Source: the human T2T-CHM13v2.0 reference genome, Homo sapiens
Length of the DNA stretch: 64,000 bases
NCBI RefSeq assembly: GCF_009914755.1
Contig: NC_060929.1
Strand: one strand, 5' to 3'
Part shown: in pieces, positions 57,601-64,000 of the stretch
Layout of the letters: each line of letters starts with the position of its first letter
Position numbering within the stretch: the first letter of the stretch is position 1
Position numbers and translations under genes: made by a program
The notes under the pieces: generated by a model
What the model was told of the DNA's origin: nothing
Seen by the model: only the letters and a program-made list of their open reading frames with translations
Databases searched by the model: none

Positions 57601-57689
57601 CCCAGAACCCCTTGAATGAAGGGGAGGACTGGTCCCCTTGAGGAAGGACCCCACTACATTACCGACAATTTATGCAGTGGATCTTTCTC

Positions 57690-60600
57690 CCATCCTTCCC
57701 CAAGGAGACTTCTGGCCTTTTACCAGGGTAACTGTGCCCTGGGGAAAGGGAAATGATCAGACATTTGGGGACTACTGGACACTGGCTCTGAGCTGATGTT
57801 AATTCCAGGAGACCCAAAACATCATTGTGTTCCTCCAGTTAAAGTAGGGGCTTATGGAGGTCAGGTAATTTATGGAGTTTTAGCTCAGTTCTGACTTACA
57901 GGGAGTCCAGTGCGTCCCTGGACTCATCCTGTGGTATTTCCCCAGTGCCAGAATGCATAATTGGCATAGACATACTTAGCAGCCGGCAGAACTCCCACAT
58001 TGGCTCCCTGACTGGTAGGGTGAGGGATATTATGGTAGGAAAGGCCAAATGGAAGCCACTAGAGCTGCTTCTGCTTAGAAAAATAGTAAATCAAAAACAA
58101 CGTTGCATCCCTGGAGGGATTGTGGAGATTAATGCCACCATGAAGGAATTGAAAGACGCAGGGGTGGTGATTCCCACCACATCCCCATTCAACTCTCCCA
58201 TCCAGCCTGTGCTGAAGACAGATGCATCTTGGAAAATGACAGTGAATTATTGTAAGCTTAACCAAGTTGTAACTCCATTTGCAGCTGCTATACCAGATGT
58301 GGTTTCATTGCTTGAGCAAATTAACACATCTCCTAGTACCTGGTATGCAGCCATTGACTTGGCAAATGCCTTTTTCTCCATTCCTGTCCGTAAGGTCCAC
58401 CAGAAGCAATTTGCCTTCAGCTGGCAAGGCCAGCAATATGCCTTTACTGTCCTACCTCAGGGGCATATCAACTCTCTGGCTTTGTGTCATAATCTTATTT
58501 GAAGAGACCTTGATTGCTTTTCACTTTTGCAAGATATCACATTGGTCCGTTACATTGATGACATTACGTTGATTTGATCCATTATGTGAGCAAGAAGTAG
58601 CAAACACACTGGACTTATTGGTTAGACATTTGTATGCCAGGGGATGGGAAATAAATCTGACTAAAATTCAGGGACCTTCTACCTCAGTAAAATTTCTAGG
58701 AGTCCAGTGGTGTGGCCTGTTGAGATATTCCTTCTAAGGTGAAGGATAAGATGCATTTAGCTCCTCCTACAACTAAGAAAGAGGCAAACAGTGAGCCCAT
58801 CTGGATTTTGGAGACAAGACATTCCTTATCTGGGTGTGTTATTCTGGCCCATTTATTGAATGACCCGAAAGGCTGCCAGTTTTGAGTGGAGTCCAGAACA
58901 GGAGAAGGCTCTGCAACAGGTTCAGGCTGCTGTGCAAGCTGCTCTGCCACTTGGGCCATATGACCCAGCAGATCCAATGGTGCTTGAGGTGTCAGTGGCA
59001 GATAGGGATGCTGCTTGGAGCCTTTGCCAGTCCCCCATAGGTGAATCACAGCAGAGGCCTCTAGGATTTTGGAGCAAGGCCCTGCCATCTTCTGCAGATA
59101 ACTACTCCCCTTTTGAGAAACAGCTCTTGGCCTGTTACTGGGCTTTGGTGGAAACTGAACGTTTGATTATGGGTCATCAAGTCACCATGCGATCTGAACT
59201 GCCTATCAAGAACTGGGTGCTTTCTGACCCATCTGGGCATAAAGTGAGTCATGTACAGCAGCTTTCCAACATCAAATGGAAGTGATATACACGTGACTGG
59301 GCTCGAGCAAGTCCTGAAGGCACAAGTAAGTTACATGAGGAAGTAGCTCAAATGCCCATGGTCTCCACTCCTGGCACCCTGCCTTCTGTCCCCGACCCTG
59401 CACCCATGGCCTCATGGGGAGTTCCCTATGACCAGTTGACAGAGAAAGATAAGACTAGGGCCTGGTTCGCAGATGGTTCTGCATGATATGCAGGCACCAT
59501 CCAAAAGTGGTCAGCTGCAGCACTACATCCCCATTCTAGGACATCCCAGAAGGACAGTGGTGAAGGAAAATCTTCCTAGTGGGCAGAACTTTGAGCAATG
59601 CATTTGGTTGTGCACTTTGCGTGGAAGGAGAAATGGCCAGACGTGCAATTATATACTGATTCATGGGCTGTAGCCAATGGTTTGGCTGGATGTCAGGGAC
59701 TTGGAAGAAGCATGATTGGAAAATTAATGACAAAGAAATCTGGGGAAGAGGTATGTGGATGGACCTCTCTGAGTGGTCAAAAAACTGTGAAGATATTTGT
59801 ATCTCATGTGAATGCTCACCAGCGGGTGACCTCAGCAGAGGAGGATTTTAATAATCAAGTGGATAGGATGACCCAATCTGTGGATGCCACCCAGCCTCTT
59901 TCCCCGGCCACCCCTGTCATTGCCCAATGGGCCCATGAACAAAGTGGCCATGGTGGCAGGGATGGAGATTATGCATGGGCTCAGCAACAGGATTTCCACT
60001 CACCAAGGCTGACCTAGCTATGACAGCTGCTGGGTGCCCACTTTGCCAGCAGCAGAGATCAACAAAGCATTCTATATGGCACCATTCCTTGGGGTGATCA
60101 GCCAGCTACCTGGTGGCAGGTTGATTATATTGGACCTCTTCCATCATGGATATGGCAGAGGTTTGTCCTCACTGGACTAGACACTTACTCTGGATATGGG
60201 TTTGCCTATCCTGCACACAATGCTTCTGCCAAGACTACCAACTGTGGACTCATGGAATGCCTTATCCACCGTCATGTTAATCCACACAGCATTGCATCTG
60301 ACAAAGGCACTCACTTTATGGCTAAAAAAGAGTGGCAGTGGGCTCATGCTCATGGAATTCACTGGTCTTATAATGTTCCCCATCATCCTGAAGCAGCTGG
60401 ATTGATAGAACGGTGGAATGGCCTTTTGAAGTCACAATTACAATGCCAACTAGGTGACCATACTTGGCAGGGCTGGGGAAAAGTTCTGCAGAAGGCCATG
60501 TATGCCCTGAATCAGCGTCCAATATATGGTACCGTTTCTCCCATAGCAAGGATTCACAGGTCCAGGAATCATGGGGTGGAAGTAGAAGTGGCACCACTCA
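57690..60600 (+). pseudogene. pol: HERV-L protease/RT/RNase H/integrase, disrupted
   Basis: LLDTGS at 57772-57789; IDLANAFF and LPQG; YIDD at 58551-58562 after an in-frame TGA at 58500; NYSPFEKQLLACYWAL; YTDSWAVANGL; WQVDYIG, SDKGTHF, GLIERWNGLLK. Confidence 0.95.
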
Positions 60601-61000
60601 CCATCACCCCTAGTTATCCACTAGCAAAATTTTTGCTTCCTTTTCCCTTGACATTACGTTCTGCTGGCCTAGAGGTCCTAGTTCCAGAGGGAGGAACACT
60701 GCCACCAGGAGACACAATTCCATTAAACTGGAAGTTAAGATTGCTACTTGTACACTTTGGGCTTCTCTTTCTTTAAGTCAACAGGCTAAGGGAGTTACAG
60801 TGTTTGCTGGGGTGCTTGACCTGGACTATTGAGATGAAATCAGTCTATTACTCCACATTGGAGGTAAGGAAGATTATGCATGGAATACAGGAGATTCATT
60901 AGGGCATCTTTTAGTATTACCATGCCCTGTGATTAAGGTCAATGGGAAACTACAACAGCCCAACCCAGGCAGGACTACAAATGACCCAGAGCCTTTAGGA
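60600..61000 (+). pseudogene. HERV-L dUTPase remnant
   Basis: LPPGDTIPLNWKLRL then GVLDLDY (dUTPase motif 3-like) at 60809-60829, downstream of integrase as in ERV-L. Confidence 0.75.
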
Positions 61001-61460
61001 ATAAGGTTTGGGTCACTCCACCAGGAAAAAACCATGACCTGCTGGGGTGCTTGCTGAAGGCAAAGTGAACACAGAATGGGTAGTAGAAGAAGATAATCAT
61101 CAATACCAGCTATGAACACTTGACCAGCTGCAGAAATAAGGACTGTAACTGTCATGAGTACTTCCTTCTTCTTTTGTTAAAAATATGTTTGTGCATGTAT
61201 ACACTTATGCTAAGAAAATATCTTCATTTTTTTTCCTTTCTCCTTTATCATGTGACCTAAGATTTATTGACTTCACATCAGCATTTAAGTATTGTTAACT
61301 TTATGTAATAGTATTTGGGTTGGGGACTGGTATGTTTCTGGTTGAACAAAGGATAGTTGTATTATGTTAGGTATAATTATGACCTTATTATTGTCTTTAT
61401 TTGAAGATTATGTATGATCTTAGGAAATGTGTATGGGTTCAAGTTGACAAGGCGTAGACT

Positions 61461-61908
61461 TGTGATGGTTAATACTGAGTGTCAACTTGATTGTATTGAA
61501 GGATACAAAGTATTGATCCTGGGTGTGTCTGGGAGGGTGTTGCCAAGGGAGATTAATATTTGAGTCAGTGGGCTGGGAAAGGCAGAACCACCCTTAATCT
61601 GGGTGGGCACAATCTAATCAGCTGCCAGCATGGGTAGGATAAAAGCAGGCAGAAAAATGTGAAAAGAGAGACTGGCCTAGCCTCCCAGCCTACATCTTTC
61701 TCCCGTGCTGGGTGCTTCCTGCCCTTGAACATTGGACTCCAAGTTCTTCAGTTTTGGAACTTGGAGTGGCTCTCCTTGCACCTTAGCCTGGAGAAGGCCT
61801 ATTGTGGGACTTTGTGATCGTGTGAGTTAATAATTAATAAACTTCTCTCTATAGATATGTATATACATTCCATTAGTTCTGTCCCTCTAGAGAACCCTGA
61901 CTAATACA
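61461..61908 (+). mobile_element. 3' LTR (MLT2A), complete
   Basis: tgtgatggttaatactgag...aataaa...ctagagaaccctgactaataca. Confidence 0.96.
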
Positions 61909-62220
61909 ATCACTGTTGCTGGAATATCAGAAATCTGCAGTGGTTGTAGCCAAGTTGGCTTTTGAGGGGAGACTCATTATTATCAAGGCCACGCAATGTC
62001 CACCACACTGTCATAGCTGCTTTGTTCATGAGTCCATTGGATAAAAATAGACCAACAAAGGAAGGAGATGATTTGCAGAGCAGTTCATCCTGGTAAATGA
62101 TTGCAGTCCTTGGTGGTCGGCTATGAGGAGGGGGTTTCAGAGTCTCCCTTAAAGGTTTCTCAAAGATTTCTCAAACCCTTTCACATAAGAGGCTCCTGGG
62201 TGGTGAAATGACACACCTGG
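61909..62220 (-). mobile_element. Ancient ERVL internal remnant (host of the HERV-L insertion; continues 55480-55551)
   Basis: Colinear with 38345-38625 once the provirus is removed. Confidence 0.6.
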
Positions 62221-63439
62221 AAACTGTGAAGAATGACAACTGCTACACACTGTATCAAATATTGCAAATGTCTGAAATGTCCCATTCCTTGGATACTATC
62301 TTCTGTAGTTCTCCATCCTTTTGTTCTCTTTTTGGCTGCGAGCAAGAAGGGAAGAAAGAAAATGACTGCTGCTCCTAACAATGTCAATGACCTTCATTGT
62401 TTTAAGGCTCCTTTTTTCACCCCTGTCACTCATTCTTATCCCTTCTCCTCCAAGACTGGAGTCATTAATCACCTCCTATCATTCTTTCCTGCAAACTCCT
62501 CTGTATGTGTTCCTGGCTTTGACTTCCTCAGCTCATACTAATCAATGGACATTTCCCAATCCATTTTTTTTGTTGTCGTTGTCCAGAGTAAGTTTTCAAA
62601 GCTCCTTCCCATTCCATGGAAAATGTCTTGAAGCACTCATTTTTTGTCATCTTGCTTATTCTACCAAATTGCCTGCTTTTACCACCCCATCAAACACAGT
62701 GAGAAAATCAAGAGGCAAGCACTTCATTCTCAGTGAATGATGAAATGAATACTGATGCATTCCTTGTTCTTAATGGCCTGCGGTATGACAACCACCACTC
62801 CAGCAGTTTTGTCTTCATTGATTTGGCTCCACACTTGATTTTCTAGTCATTTTTTCCAGTTGACCCCATATCCACTAAAACACTCACTGATTTTTTAAAA
62901 TTTCCTCATCAGTTATTTTCCATTCAAGTATGCTGAAAATTGACATGTTTTCACAGAAGACCACCATTAAAATGATTAAATATTGAACATTTACATGTTC
63001 AGCCAGCTGTGAAGAGAGAAGCTCAGTTTCTCAATCAGGTTTTCAATATGTCTTCTGGGCACATTAAATTATGCCATTTGCAGGTTTAGCTTGGTAAGGA
63101 CAACTTTTATATTTGTCCTCTCTTTTTGACTTAAAGCACTTCTGAAAATATTGACATCTAAGAGTTGTATCAAATCTCTCCTCTTACTTGACTTTCACCT
63201 TTTAATGGATTGCTAACATTGGCTTAAAGGTCCTACAAATTTTTTTTACTTTTTGAAATTGTACATTTCCTTGCAGAGACCCTAGCAAAGATTTCTGTCT
63301 TTTTAGATGCAGACAATTCTGATTACATTCTAACAATTTTTAATGATTGATTTAAATATTGCTTTGAAATTAATCTTTCATGTATTTACTGCTAACAGAT
63401 TTCTCTTATGAGACATTAAAGTTAATTTGTTATCCATTT

Positions 63440-63733
63440 GATACATATCTATTTTTTGAGGAATATGTTGGTTGCTTCCAGTTTTTGGCAATTATGAATA
63501 AGGCTCCTCTACATATTTGCATACAGGTTTTACGTGGACATACATTTTCAACTTACTTGGGTAAATACCAAAAAGTGTGATTATTGCACTATGTTAGTTT
63601 TCTATGAAAACTATGTTTCTATGTGAGCCTATGTTAGTTTTCTAAGAAACTGCCAAACTGTCTTCCAAGGTGGCTGTACCATTTTGCATTCCCAGTGGCA
63701 ATTGCTCCACATCCTCACCAGTGCTTGGTGTTC
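63440..63733 (-). mobile_element. L1M (MB/MC-type) ORF2 3' fragment
   Basis: ggttgcttccagtttttggcaattatgaataa...aagaaactgccaaactgtcttccaaggtggctgtaccattttgcattccc. Confidence 0.85.
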
Positions 63734-63735
63734 CT

Positions 63736-64000
63736 AGGAGGGAAGGAAAATTATGTAGGTCAGAAACTTGGACATAAAAAAGGACAAGCATTAGAGAAGG
63801 AGTAAGTGAAGATAAAATATAATATTTTCCTTATTCTTAATTGATCTAATGGACAACTATTCAAAATAATAATAGCAACAATGAATATTGATTGACTCTG
63901 TCTTATAAATAAATAAAATGAATGATAGCAATGTTATAAGGGACAGATAGGAGGAATTGAGAATACTCAGTTATAAGGTACCTGAACTATCCATGAAGTG
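63736..64000 (+). mobile_element. L1MC/MD-type inter-ORF fragment (runs off window)
   Basis: ttattcttaattgatctaa...aaataataatagcaacaatg...aatgaatgatagcaatgttataaggga. Confidence 0.6.

Larger units (their letters stand above)
55552..61908 (+). mobile_element. HERV-L provirus (MLT2A LTRs), decayed
   Basis: Two MLT2A LTRs, gag-pro-pol-dUTPase, no env; PPT-like aagttgacaaggcgtagact before the 3' LTR; 5-bp TSD gtcac (55547-55551)/atcac (61909-61913). Confidence 0.97.

Noticed and set aside
57945-60776. Functional retroviral pol
   Set aside because: In-frame stops (e.g. 58500, just before YIDD) and frameshifts split every domain
63440-64000. Twin-priming 5' inversion of a single L1
   Set aside because: The antisense piece is from the ORF2 3' end and the sense piece looks inter-ORF, which does not fit twin-priming geometry; treated as separate fragments

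Overview
Primate (Alu-bearing, human-like) genomic DNA that is repeat-dense and apparently intergenic or deep-intronic. I find no credible host protein-coding exon, tRNA/rRNA gene or CRISPR array. The long ORFs in the track come from microsatellites, Alus, L2/L1 or decayed ERV genes. The main structures are: (i) a near-complete but decayed HERV-L provirus with MLT2A LTRs (55552-61908; gag, protease, RT, RNase H, integrase, dUTPase, no env; 5' LTR end and PBS deleted), inserted into an older antisense ERVL remnant; (ii) an end-to-end ancient L1MA-type LINE on the minus strand (47833-55298) with target-site duplication, a monomer-array 5'UTR and an internal inverted duplication; (iii) an independent MLT2A solo LTR; (iv) many nested Alu/MaLR/DNA-transposon insertions. 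The signals least explained by standard annotation are a ~255-bp near-palindrome (4479-4734), a ~75-bp motif repeated 3.1 kb apart (31813/34961), a perfect 67-bp tandem duplication (45500-45633), two same-orientation CTCF motifs and several TF-motif clusters in unique DNA. I cannot support a claim of a new multi-gene biological system. Subfamily names come from remembered consensus sequences and need RepeatMasker/Dfam confirmation.
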